From Podarcis bocagei (lineage: Eukaryota): DNA of 64,000 nucleotides. The position numbers and the translations under genes were made by a program. Position 1 is the first letter of the stretch, and the number at the start of each line of letters is the position of its first letter. The notes below the pieces were generated by a model, which was not told the origin of the DNA, did not search any database, and saw only the letters and a list, made by a program, of their open reading frames with translations. This document shows, in pieces, positions 53,460 to 64,000 of the stretch. The stretch lies in the NCBI GenBank assembly GCA_964188305.1, contig OZ076885.1; one strand, written 5' to 3'.

Positions 53460-54800
53460 AATAAGCGGTATGTGTGTGTCTGTCCCCCCCCCCCGCCCCG
53501 CCCCGTCTCTGCGTGTGTCACCGCTGAAAAAAGCACACCCACCCATTAGTTTCGGTGGTTGGGGGCGCGCGTTGTCATCTGGATTCCTCCTTCAGAAGGA
53601 AAGGGAAAGCGGCAGGACTGACAGGAAGGCGCCCCTCTCCCAGTAGTCTGTTTTTGCTTTCCACCCACCGCGCAGAAGGGGAACGCAAAGGCACAGGATG
53701 ACACAGGCAGGCTCCTTACCTAGGCAGGCTCCAGTGACCAGGGCTGTAGCCGTCAGAGCTCCGGCCGAGGCGCCATAAATGTTCTTGGCATTCGCCACCA
53801 AGAAAGGCGCGTGCTCTTGGAGGCAGCTGGCGACCCCGATGTGGTACACCCCCAAGAACCCGCAGCCCGCGAAGGAGATATTCCAGGTGGAGCCCAGAGG
53901 GTACATCGCCTCACAACAACCACCTCCTCTTCCTCGCACGCCCTCACGGATGCGGGGCGAGGCAGGGAGTAAGAGGGACACGGAGCGAGCTCTCCCGGCG
54001 CGGGGCTGGGCACTCCCGGGCAGCTTCTGTGGCTCGCCCTGCCTGGCTCCTTCTCAGCGCCTGGCGTGCAGGAAGGGGTTTCTCTCGGTGGTCGCCGCGC
54101 TGCCACTCGCTTCTTCCGCCTTCTAGTCTTCTAGTCGCCGCAAACTCCACCTGAGCGCCGACGGCCGGGAGGGAAGCGTTATATCGGGTGCGCGCCAGCA
54201 GCGGGGAGGAGCCCCGCTTGGTCACAATCCCACGACGCCAGCGAGCGGCTAATGGCTGCTGCGCAGAGGCGGTGGCGACACTCTCCACGCCCCCTCGGAA
54301 GGTGGAGTCGGAGGGCGCCGAAAGGCTTCGGGGAACGGGGGGTGGGCACCAACCTGGGACGGGGGGTGGGCGGGCTTCGCCTACCGGCTCCAGCAACCCG
54401 CCGCTGGGGAGTATTTCCCAGAAAGCTCGAGGGCGTTCCGAGGCGGCATCCAATCGCGGGGGCGCCCGGAGCGCGCATCTGGGGGGTGCCCTCTTCGCAA
54501 GCGCCGCTGCTGTAGCTTTCGACCCAGATATGCTTGTTTTGGGAGAGATCCTTGGCTTTCCCAGGAAGCCAAGTTTGAAGGTCTCGCGCATTGCGGTTGC
54601 CTCAGGCGTGTTATGGTGACGCGCGTGTACACACTGGAGGTTAAAGGGTACGTATGTGGTGCGCAGAGGGAAGGCTGCTGTGTTTGCCAGGCTGGGGGTC
54701 GGGAATTTGAAGGGCGAGGCTCAGAAGAGGGTGGTCTCCTTGCGTTTGTTTTCTTGAGAAAGCCCTACGGAGCTGAGTCCCAAATAAACGTACCTGAGAT
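53460..54800 (-). promoter_or_regulatory. PNPLA2 CpG-island promoter and 5'UTR
   Basis: GC- and CpG-rich block spanning the ATG. TATA-like GATATAA on the minus strand at about 54179-54185, GC boxes, and CCAAT at about 54451. Confidence 0.85.
53720..53906 (-). CDS. PNPLA2: PNPLA2 coding exon 1 ([24 protein letters not shown]...GASAG...GACL)
   Basis: ATG at 53906 in context GAGGCG-ATG. Oxyanion GCGFLG and nucleophile GASAG motifs. Donor CTAG|GTAAGG. 187 nt. Confidence 0.97.
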
Positions 54801-56464
54801 TGGGGTGTTAAGCATAGCTGTCAACTTTTCCCTTTTCTTGCGAGGAATCCTATTCGGAATAAGGGAATTTCCCTTAAAAAAAGGAAAACGTTGACAGCTA
54901 TGGAAGTGGTTTTGGGGAAAAGTAAAGTTAAACCATCTTCTGGACAAGGCTAGGGGGCCCTCCTCAGCAGGATAAGCAGGAGGGTCCCCTAAATGCTGTA
55001 GCATTTGCGAAGAGGTGAAGTAATAAATGGGAGAGCTATCAAACCAGTAAGTCCGGAGTCTAAAATTGCCCGACTGCACCACTACCTTCCTCCAGCTTGT
55101 GAGACTTACTAGGAAGTGTCATAAAACACAGTGGGCCTAAGACTAGTAAACATGTACAAGATTGCTCTGCTTGTCTGATGCAGCAAAAAAAAAAGCTGGC
55201 AAGAAAAATGCCTTGTAATTAGCACCTTGGTAGCGAACAGATTTATTTTAGCATATCCTTTGGTGGGTTAGAGTCCACTTAATCAGATGCATGAAGAGGC
55301 AAAGCAGGCTTGGTTTCATAAAAATGTAAGCCACAACAAATCTGTTGGTCTTTAAACCAGGGACGGGGAACATGTGACCCTCCAAATGTTCTTGGATTAC
55401 AACTCTCACCAGCCATTATAGCCAGTGGTCAAGTGTAATGAGTCTCGTTGTCATATCCATTTGCAGCATTGCTAGAGTGACTGTGACCCCCTCACTCACT
55501 CACTCACTCACTCATTCATGCTTGGCCATGGTTTGACTTAGTATTATATGCGAACCAGCCCAGTGTATCTGTTGGAACAGAGAGACTAGACAGAAAAGGT
55601 CTGGGTTAGCAGTTCTGTCCAAATAGTAGCAAGCTAACTAGAGAGATCCCATTGTTTTTCTTTACTGTTTGCTTGTCATGCTGCCTGTGTTTCAAAAGTA
55701 GGCATTCAGATGTTAACCATTTCTTTTTAAAATTGGGGCCTCGGGGACTAATGTAAAGTGAGAACAGCCAGTTCCCATGTTCTCCAGGCTGCTGTTTTTG
55801 ATACACTGGTCTGGGGGCTGGGATCTTATTTTTCTACACAGAAAATTTGCATCACTTAGCAGCAAGGGGTGGGAAGAATGTTTTCCAAAGAAATAACCAC
55901 CCCCATCCCGCGTGGTGATACCCTGATCCATTTTGCATCTTCCCTACAGTGGATCCAATCATTGCACATCAGTTTGGCCTGTGATACTAAAATGAAAATA
56001 AAATCAATGCCTACTTAATCTACATCAACTAAAATGAGAAGGAAACCTGGTGCTCAGGCTTCATCTTTGGCAAGTCTACAGCCAAAATGAGAATACTGAA
56101 AGCGAGTGTGATCTCACACACCAGATTAGTACTGTTAATTATCAGCATGAACATTGCAATTCATTTGGTTAATTATCAAAGGATAATTTAACTGGGCAAT
56201 CTAGTTGAGATTATCTATACTAACTGGGATCTTTTAAAGAGACATTTGCTATTAAGCAACATCAGTACATGATGTATTAATTACAAGTTGTTACCTTTCC
56301 TTGTATGCTAGCATGAAATGGAATGGAGGAAATAATTAAAATAATTCCTCAGCAATCCTGTTCGTCCCACCAATGAGTGTTAGGGAGGCAATGCAGACAT
56401 GCCTTTTAAGTTGCATTCCAAGTTGAAATTTAGCAGATGAAACCATCACAGATGATGATGATGA

Positions 56465-56603
56465 TAATAATAATAATAATAATTTTTATTTATACTCCGC
56501 CCTCCCCAGCCAAGGCCGGGCTCAGGGCGGCTTACAAGCAATAATAAAAACAAGTTGAATGATTACAACTTAAAAACAAAATTAAAATACAATTAAAATA
56601 CAA
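56465..56603 (-). mobile_element. Short LINE (L2-like) 3' end with (TTA)n tail
   Basis: CCCTCCCCAGCCAAGGCCGGGCTCAGGGCGGCT is shared with about 42800-42835. Confidence 0.65.
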
Positions 56604-57556
56604 TGATGGGAGTTGTAGTCCAGTATACTGGAGGCCACGTACTAATTCTCCAGTGATTATGAAAGGTATCAATTATTTGTCAAAAATCCTGAAGGTCCTA
56701 TAGATGCCTACTACCCAAGATCACTTCATAGGGTTTTAGCATCTTTCCATTTACTTTCACCACCCCTTTGTTTTCAGTCAAACTATAAGTTAGAAAGTGG
56801 AAGCAGAAAACCTATGAAACTGATACCTAGGCCAGCTGGAATACTTTCAACAAAGGCTTGGACAATATTGTTCTGTCTATTTATAAATGGCATTGGACTC
56901 TAGAGGAGGGGCAGGGAATGTGATTAGAAATCCTTTGTGATAATAGTCCACAGAAACAAGAGGGAGAGCTGGACAAACAATAATGGTGTGTGTGCATTTC
57001 TCCCAGTCAGCTCTTTCACCGTCAGAAGCCACAGCAGTGTTCTCTAAACCCTATTTTTATTTACAGTATATTATTCCTTAAGTCACATGCCTGTTCATAG
57101 GCTGAATATCTGGCACTGTGAGTGGAGCTCATAATAAACCTCTCCTATTCTGTAAAATCCCGCTGCTGTCTCAAACCTGTTGAAAGAAATGTAAACAACT
57201 ATGCTTTGCTTGCTGCCTACATATGAAAACATTAGTTACAGAATTTTCCCATCCTTTTAAAAACATGATGCAAAAATATCCCAACTTCACTGGAATTAGG
57301 ACTCAGCCAGCTTTTACTCAAGACTAGCTAAGAAGTCCATAGTCCATTATAGGGTTGCCTTTGCACTTTGCCCAAGGCACTTATTATAGCTGTTTTTGTT
57401 TCTGTGCCAGTATTTAGAACTCTATGGCAGCAGTTTCCTTTTATGCAGTGCATTGCATTTTTACAAGCATATGCACTCTGAGGAAAAAGTATCTAGTTGT
57501 TTACATAATTGCTGCATTTTATATAATCTCTTATAACATGGTGCAATACCTATGTA

Positions 57557-57782
57557 CAGTGGTACCTCGGGTTAAGTACTTTATTCGTTCTGGAGGTCCG
57601 TTCTTAACCTGAAACTGTTCTTAACCTGAAGCACCACTTTAGCTAATGGGGCCTCCTACTGTTGCCGCACCGCCGGAGCACGATTTCTGTTCTCACCCTG
57701 AAGCAAAGTTCTTAACCTGAAGCACTATTTCTGGGTTAGCGGAGTCTGTAACCTGAAGTGTATGTAATCCGATGTACCACTG
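57557..57782. mobile_element. Tc1/mariner MITE, copy 4
   Basis: TA-CAGTGGTACCTCGGGTTA...GTACCACTG-TA. Confidence 0.9.
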
Positions 57783-58365
57783 TATTAAAGAAGCCAAGTT
57801 ATGTATGTTGTGTTACTGGATGCTACTTTCAAGTTTCCTAACAGTCTTCAAGAAAAAAATTATTAAAAAATACCCTATCTTAGGTGAGTGGACCAAGTCA
57901 GCTACATCTGTATTCCAAGGTACTGGACACAAGTGTGGTGCTGAGAACACCAAGGTTGCATGTTAATTCCCATAAGGGACAGGTGCATATTCCTGCATTA
58001 CAGGGGCTGGACCAGATGATCCCCAGGGTCCCTTCCACCTCTTAGCTCACTTTACACTCCCTGTCACTTGAAGAACTGTAGTGAAATTATTTTGCTTCAT
58101 GAAGGCCACAAAACAGACAAGATACCAAAGGGCACCAATCTGGGTTCAAATTAGAATTTTTCATCAATTTATGAGGTTATGCCACTTTGGTTCGGCCATC
58201 ACTTTTCGGCTTCATATTCGGGAGGCAAGGGCCAGTATAATATTGAGTGTATGCAATGCATGTGTTACATGGACTGATTTTTCTGCCATGCCCATCACTC
58301 TTTAAAGCAGGGATTGAAAACCTGCTGGAGGATTTCAGCTGCCCTGTATTCTAAATATATTTAAA

Positions 58366-58629
58366 TAGGTCTATCATATATCCGGAAATCCCTGGACATA
58401 GCTGGGATTAGTCTGTTGAAAATGGTGTCTAGGCGGAATTTTCCGTAAGCTGTTAAAATGTATGGGAAAACCTGGACATATGGCATCCCACATTGGAAGT
58501 GTTGGCTTTTTGCAGATTTTCCTAAAAAAACAGCAACCCCCCCCCCCCACTTTTTTGAGTTCTTGCAAAAAATAATAATAATTCAACTACTGAGTCCAGA
58601 TTTTCACTTTTTGAAATATGGCAACCCTA
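58366..58629. mobile_element. PIF/Harbinger-like or other DNA-transposon MITE remnant
   Basis: Right terminus ATATGGCAACCCTA and internal CCGGA/CCTGGACA repeats. Left end is decayed. Confidence 0.5.
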
Positions 58630-59372
58630 ATTTAAATGTATTTTAAATATATTTCATGGCACGTGGGGCTCTGTATTTCATACTAACACAGAAGAGCAAA
58701 GTTTATGGCAATAAAAGCAAAAATCTAATTTTTAAAAACTTCTCAGAACAGGTAAGACATAGTGAAGTCTGGGTAACCAGGAGGTAGTTCTGCATGGTTG
58801 TATACTGCTCCTTGATTTGACCATAATTCAGTATTAGTTTTGTAGAAGAACATTTAACCCTTTAGAAGTCTTTTGAATTCAAAATGTGGCTTCGTCTGAT
58901 GCATATTTTGAAACACTCTTACTCAATTTCTATAAAGTGAACCAAAATTTGTGTAAAAGGCATCAGCTTGTCTGCCTCTACACCTGACATATATCAGATT
59001 AAGGCATCACATTTAAGGTGTAAAAGCATGAAGAAGCTGCCTCCTGGTTTTTATAAAAGGCTCTGCCTACATCCGTATCAGCCTATTTCTCTTCCAAATA
59101 TTTTAGTTACTGCAAAAACTTTTTTGTTGCGGAAAAACCTATTTTTAATCTCTTAGCAGAGTTAAATAGGATCGAATTGCTCACTTTATGTTAATACCAA
59201 ACAGCTTTGAACCACTCTAGAAAATCCGTAATTCACAAAACAATAACAAGAGTTGTAACTTTATCACAAGATGCTACTTCTAAAGAATTACCAACTGATT
59301 CAGAACACTGTATATGCAGAAAGCAAGGAAGCTTATCAAGTACGCCACAACAAAACAATATTGTAACCAAAT

Positions 59373-59378
59373 TTTATT
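59373..59378 (-). terminator. RPLP2 polyadenylation signal
   Basis: AATAAA about 25 nt after the stop, followed by GU-rich GTTTTGTTGT. A short 3'UTR is typical of ribosomal protein genes. Confidence 0.9.
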
Positions 59379-59401
59379 ATAGATTAGCCCTCAACAAAAG
59401 T

Positions 59402-59478
59402 TTAATCGAACAGCCCAAATCCCATATCATCATCAGATTCTTCAGACTCTTCTTTCTTTTCTTCTTTCTTCTCCTCCG
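59402..59478 (-). CDS. RPLP2: RPLP2 last coding exon (AEEKKEEKKEESEESDDDMGFGLFD*)
   Basis: Universal P-protein C-terminus SDDDMGFGLFD. Acceptor TCTTTTCAG|CG. TAA at 59402-59404. Confidence 0.98.
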
Positions 59479-60252
59479 CTGAAAAGACAAGTAGATATAG
59501 ACAGTTTAGCAGACAACTCTCAAAACAGCATTTTTATAGGCTAATTCTATATACTAGTGGTGGGGAATCTATGGCCCTCAGACATTGTTCAACTCCCTCC
59601 AGTATGGTCAATGGCAAGGGGTGATGCAAGCTGTAGCTCAGGAAAGACCCAGAACATCACATGTCCCCAGCACCACTACAACTGCAGCTGCCTTAAAGAT
59701 GAGGTGTGAGGGTCAACCAATCTGGAGTTAGAAGAGAATCCAAAGAAAGTCATGATGCAAATAGCTGAAGGCAGACACTGCTCATCAACAAGTTGTATTA
59801 GGTTCAGCACTCATGTAGGCCATATGTCATCTCACTGCACTTAGTAACCCCATGTTACAATATGCCAACATTGCCTACTGCAAATAAGCAAAAAGGTAAA
59901 AAGAAAGCAGAGAAGATTGGCTGGGTCTCAGCATCCATACCAAATCAGAGTATCTTAGCTGAAGAGAATGTATCTGAAGTCTGAGCTAGAACATTACCGT
60001 GCAATAATGTTTTCCTTACAACTGGAAGAGCTATTGCCAAGACATTTTTTTAATGTCGAACTGGGCAATGTTTCCAAATGGAACCAAGTCATAAAGTAAC
60101 AACTCATATCATACGAGTTGTTCAGTTAATCTCATAGACTGTGGCTACTCAACGTGAAATTACCAAGTTTTTGGATTCCTCTCTAGAAGTTTTCTCCCGC
60201 TTGATGCCTGCTTGCCCACCCAACCTTCCTTTTCATGATCCATTATACGTAC

Positions 60253-60348
60253 CAGCTGCTGGTGCAGCACCTGCAGCAGGAGCAGCAGAACCTCCAGCAG
60301 AAACTGCTACAGCCCCACCAACTGGCATGCTGGCAAGCTTGCTGTTAC
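60253..60348 (-). CDS. RPLP2: RPLP2 penultimate exon (GNSKLASMPVGGAVAVSAGGSAAPAAGAAPAA)
   Basis: Acceptor TCCCCCAG|GT, donor CTG|GTACGT. 96 nt. Ala/Gly hinge of P2. Confidence 0.96.
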
Positions 60349-62700
60349 CTGGGGGACATTAACAAGGAAAATGAAGAACTGTATATGAAGCCAACGAGTG
60401 AGATACCTGAGGACAAACCCCCAATTCTGCAGTGTTCCCTACTGCCCAACCCTTTCCCCCCTTCCTGCCCCAGTCCATTTCTGATAAAGGGAGTAACAGA
60501 AGGATGAACTTTTGCCTAGCACTTTAGAAGACCAGTTTTGTCACAAGCGCCTCAAGTTGTTGGCCCCCAATACATCAGACACCACAGGCTATTGACACAA
60601 TACCAGTGATCAACTTCAGTTGACCACCAAACTCACACCAGGTGCCAGAAAAGGAAGTCTTAATATTCTATCAGCCTAGTTTCTGCATATAAACCAGGCC
60701 AACTGGTCCTTCAATGCCCTTCTCCCATGCAACCAGTGGGAACCTTTTGTTCCCATTAGCAGCATGAAGCCAAACTTAGAACTGTGGTAAGGAGTACACT
60801 GTGCAACTACATTAGTTACATGATGAATGGACCCTAGAGATTTAAAGACTAGCTACCAATTAATGCCAACAGTTCCAGGGAAGTTGGCAATATACCATTT
60901 CCCTTGTGAGAACAAGCACGTCAGTGGGGGAAATGCCTGTTCTTTGTTTCTAGGAATATAAATCTAAACAATTGCATGGTATTCCTGGAGCCAGAACAGT
61001 AAACACGTTTTATAACCATTCAGCATATTCTCAGAAGAATATGTGTAACAGCAGAGCCAAGAAGTAATTTAAGTGTACAAAAACCCCTTTATTTAGAACA
61101 AATACAAAGGGCCTCATATAAGCATTAACAAGTCCTGTAGTTTGCTGTACCAGTTTTCCTGCAGGCATCTAGACACATCAACATTAGATAATCAATGATA
61201 TAGCTGTTATAGTAACAGGAGCAGCCATATCACTGTAGTTACTATGACTATGTATTCAGCACCAACAATTTACATGGCACCTAATAGCCTAAGATGCCTA
61301 AGTCCCTCCTGAAAGGAGGTTCCAACATTTTGCCAGTGGAAACAAAAAGGAGGCTTGTGTGACCATACAAGGATGGGGGGTTCAGAAGGGCTTCACAGGA
61401 AGAGAGGTAGAGCCACTGTGCTGGCATTCAGGAGGAATTCAATGGGTGGCATAGAGTTCTACATGGAGTGGAGTGGATGGCAGAATGACAAGGGGAAACA
61501 ACATAGCAGCTTACTATAATCAGGTTGGGAGATGACCAAACCAGAACATTTTACAATGTTGATTGACATGACTTAACAATAGGGGGTGTTAGGGAACAAT
61601 CCAAAATAAAGCCAAGGCTTCACCACTGGTCTACAAGGTGGATGCTACAAAGAGCACAAGAAGACCTTTGACACGCTCCCCAGGGATCATCAGGGTGGGG
61701 TACTGTTGTTGCTGGGGCAAAATTTAGTTTTGGATATGCATTATTTTTGTTGGTGATCCAAGGGGTGTGTGTGTGTGTGTGTATGATACACACACACCTT
61801 GATTACCAGCAAAAATATACATATATTACTGTTGGATTTATTCGCATTGTATATTTGTCCACCATGAGATGTTTTCATTAGTTCACTGAGCATACGGCTG
61901 CTTAAATTTTGTCATAGCTTGTAACTGTTAGTGAATTATGTAAAATGTTTTGGTGTTGTGAGCTGCCTTGAGCATGGATTACTATGGAAAGGCAGCGCAA
62001 AAGTGATACTGCTGCTGCTGAATTTACAAAAAACAGTTGTCCAAGGGTGCAAATGATGTGTAGCATGGGACCAATGAACAAGCCATGAAGATTCTTAGCA
62101 TGTCCAAAAGGCACTGCCCACAATGGAAACAGTGAGCAAACAACAAAGACAGGATGGAAAAGAACCAGCCTATAACAAGAGTTCTACCTAAGGTGTGGGA
62201 AAGGGCACAATCAGCAATATCACAGATTGTACAGGGAAAGAGAAATTGAAATAGAGAAACACGAGACACTAGGAAATACACAGCATGTTCCAAAAGTCCA
62301 GAAGCAGAGGCCAGAAAAAAGTTGGCCAGTAAAGAAGGATGTTGATATATACCTGAAATGCAACCCATATATTCCAAGTATTGGTGTTAAGATGTAAGGA
62401 GAAGACCAGGAGGTGAGGGGCAGACAGGATTAAGGAAATGCGGGGAGATGCTAGTAAGGTGGTCATCTCACCAAGCAAGATAGTTTGAGGGAGATGGAAG
62501 AGGGGTATGAAGTTGGGACTAGGACAAATAGCTTCATTATTTTATCACGGAAGGAGGCATGGTGGACAGGGAGCAAGATGGCAGCAGAAGACTTTAATAG
62601 AGCAAACTGGCTAGACAGAAATTGTTATTCTTTTTAGAGACCCATTCAGCCAGCAAGATTGTTTTCCCCCACAGAAGGCAATGCTGCTTTTTAAACAGCG

Positions 62701-62832
62701 ATTTGTTGAGAACATCCTCTATACAAACAGGCAACAAGTGCCTGTTTTTATGAGGGTTTCCCCAAATTAATGTGGTCCACCAGCGAAACCCAGCAGGCAC
62801 CAGCATGAGCCTGTAGGAATTAGGATGGACCC
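62701..62832 (-). ncRNA. SNORA52: H/ACA box snoRNA SNORA52 in RPLP2 intron
   Basis: Minus strand reads GGTCCATCCTAATT...GGTTTCGCTGGTGGACC (5' hairpin), H box ACATTA, a second hairpin, and ACA 3 nt from the end. It sits in the intron after the 49-nt exon, as I recall for human SNORA52. Pocket CCUAAU/UUCGC is complementary to 28S GCGAA-UG-AUUAG. Confidence 0.9.
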
Positions 62833-63095
62833 ATTACATTTCCAAGCATATTCCATTAATGCCACACATATTTATTGATTACACTCTGGATTGCCATTTG
62901 CTATGCTGAGTAATTACAGTTTTAAAGTTTGGCCACTTGACTGTTTCAAGATTGAATTATGTTGCTGTGGTAATTTCACTCCCAACAACCCTCTCTGCTG
63001 TAATCAAAATAGTTAAATACCTCTGAACTAGTGACCTCTCAGTGCCAAAGAGGGACTCATGGTCCCTTTCAAACCTGTCTCCATTTTAAACTCAC

Positions 63096-63144
63096 CTTGG
63101 GAGATGACATCTTCAATGTTTTTCCCATTCAGCTCACTAATGAC
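63096..63144 (-). CDS. RPLP2: RPLP2 internal exon (VISELNGKNIEDVISQG); upstream exons lie beyond the window
   Basis: Acceptor CCCACAG|GT, donor AAG|GTGAGT. 49 nt. Near identical to vertebrate acidic ribosomal protein P2. Confidence 0.96.
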
Positions 63145-64000
63145 CTGTGGGAAGCAAGTTGAAAAGTGTTACCTAAAAAGATTCTAAGTGCAGGGAACCA
63201 AAGAATTAACAACTGTGGCCAAAATACTGCGAAACTGAAGCAACTCAAAACACTTTTTAAAAAATACAATTGGTCTTGCCTAGAGCTGCCCTGGGGAAAC
63301 TGCACTGTGCCACACTGAACTCAGAAAGAGATTACCATCTTCTCAGATGCGTTATTGCAGCTTTGCACAAAAAATATAGTGATCCCCAGGGCACTTTTGG
63401 TTAGCTACAGTCAAGCAGATTAGCTATCCAAGTGGGAATAAAATAACCTCTTACCAAGCACAGCATGATATTCATCTGGAATCTCATTTGAGTCAAGAAC
63501 TCAAATAACTGAATTGTTTTTATACAAGCCCCATATTTCCTTGGGTGGGGGAAATCAACAGTTTCCCATTATGCTTGCTGGGCTTTTGAGAAGGCAGATG
63601 GATTTCTTAAAAGCCTATCATGGAGTGATTGAAACCAGGGAAGGTTGGTAGAAACTACTAATAATGGCTGAAAAACTACTAAGCCAAAACGTTGGGACTT
63701 TTAAAAATTAACCTTCTGTCTAAAAAAGTGATACCCTTTCATTAAGCAAAGGTGTTTTTTCATTGCTGATTAGCTCATTTAGGTTGTTTACCATAGTAAA
63801 GTTCAAGAGAGAAAACTTTAATTTGCATTTCTTTTTATGCTGTACAAATTTTGCATGACTACCAGTTGTCCCAAGCTTAATACTAGAAAAGACAGATATA
63901 GCACACACAGAACTGAGCTATGGCAGCTTGCAATCTGCTCTTCCTTCCTGTTGGCATTAAGTCCAGAAGCCAAAGAAAGCTGCAACACTGAACTGTAGAT

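Noticed and set aside
53944-54632. 215-aa and 143-aa ORFs upstream of PNPLA2
   Set aside because: CpG-island compositional artefacts that span the promoter.
59207-59482. Plus-strand ORF with a Phe/Leu-rich, membrane-like tail
   Set aside because: Reverse complement of the Glu/Lys-rich last RPLP2 exon.
60141-60362. Plus-strand Ala/Pro-rich ORF and overlapping Gln-rich ORF 60235..60507
   Set aside because: Antisense shadow of the RPLP2 hinge exon.
63287-63393. Inverted repeat GCCCTGGGGA...TCCCCAGGGC in an RPLP2 intron as a second snoRNA
   Set aside because: No properly placed C/D or H/ACA boxes. A 10-bp stem alone is insufficient.

Overview
Vertebrate genomic DNA from a squamate, probably a lacertid lizard, judged by Sauria SINEs and squamate MITE families. 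All genes are on the minus strand, in the order known from human 11p15.5 (RPLP2 > SNORA52 > PNPLA2 > CRACR2B). From the right end: the last three coding exons of RPLP2 with the intronic H/ACA snoRNA SNORA52; a complete PNPLA2/ATGL gene (9 coding exons, 53906..18132, 1464 nt = 487 aa, catalytic Ser47 and Asp166 intact, CpG-island promoter, about 23 kb first intron, probable 5.2 kb 3'UTR); and a second CpG island at about 9.8-11.35 kb that by synteny is probably the CRACR2B promoter, with no CRACR2B coding exon recognised. The rest is TE-rich intron and intergenic DNA: Tc1/mariner MITEs, hAT MITEs with 8-bp TSDs, SINEs, L2/CR1 fragments and a solo LTR. I found no evidence of a new multi-gene system. 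The most interesting leads concern PNPLA2 RNA processing and regulation: an inverted SINE pair bracketing an in-frame skippable exon, a GC-AG intron, a candidate alternative last exon and a perfect ERE in intron 1.
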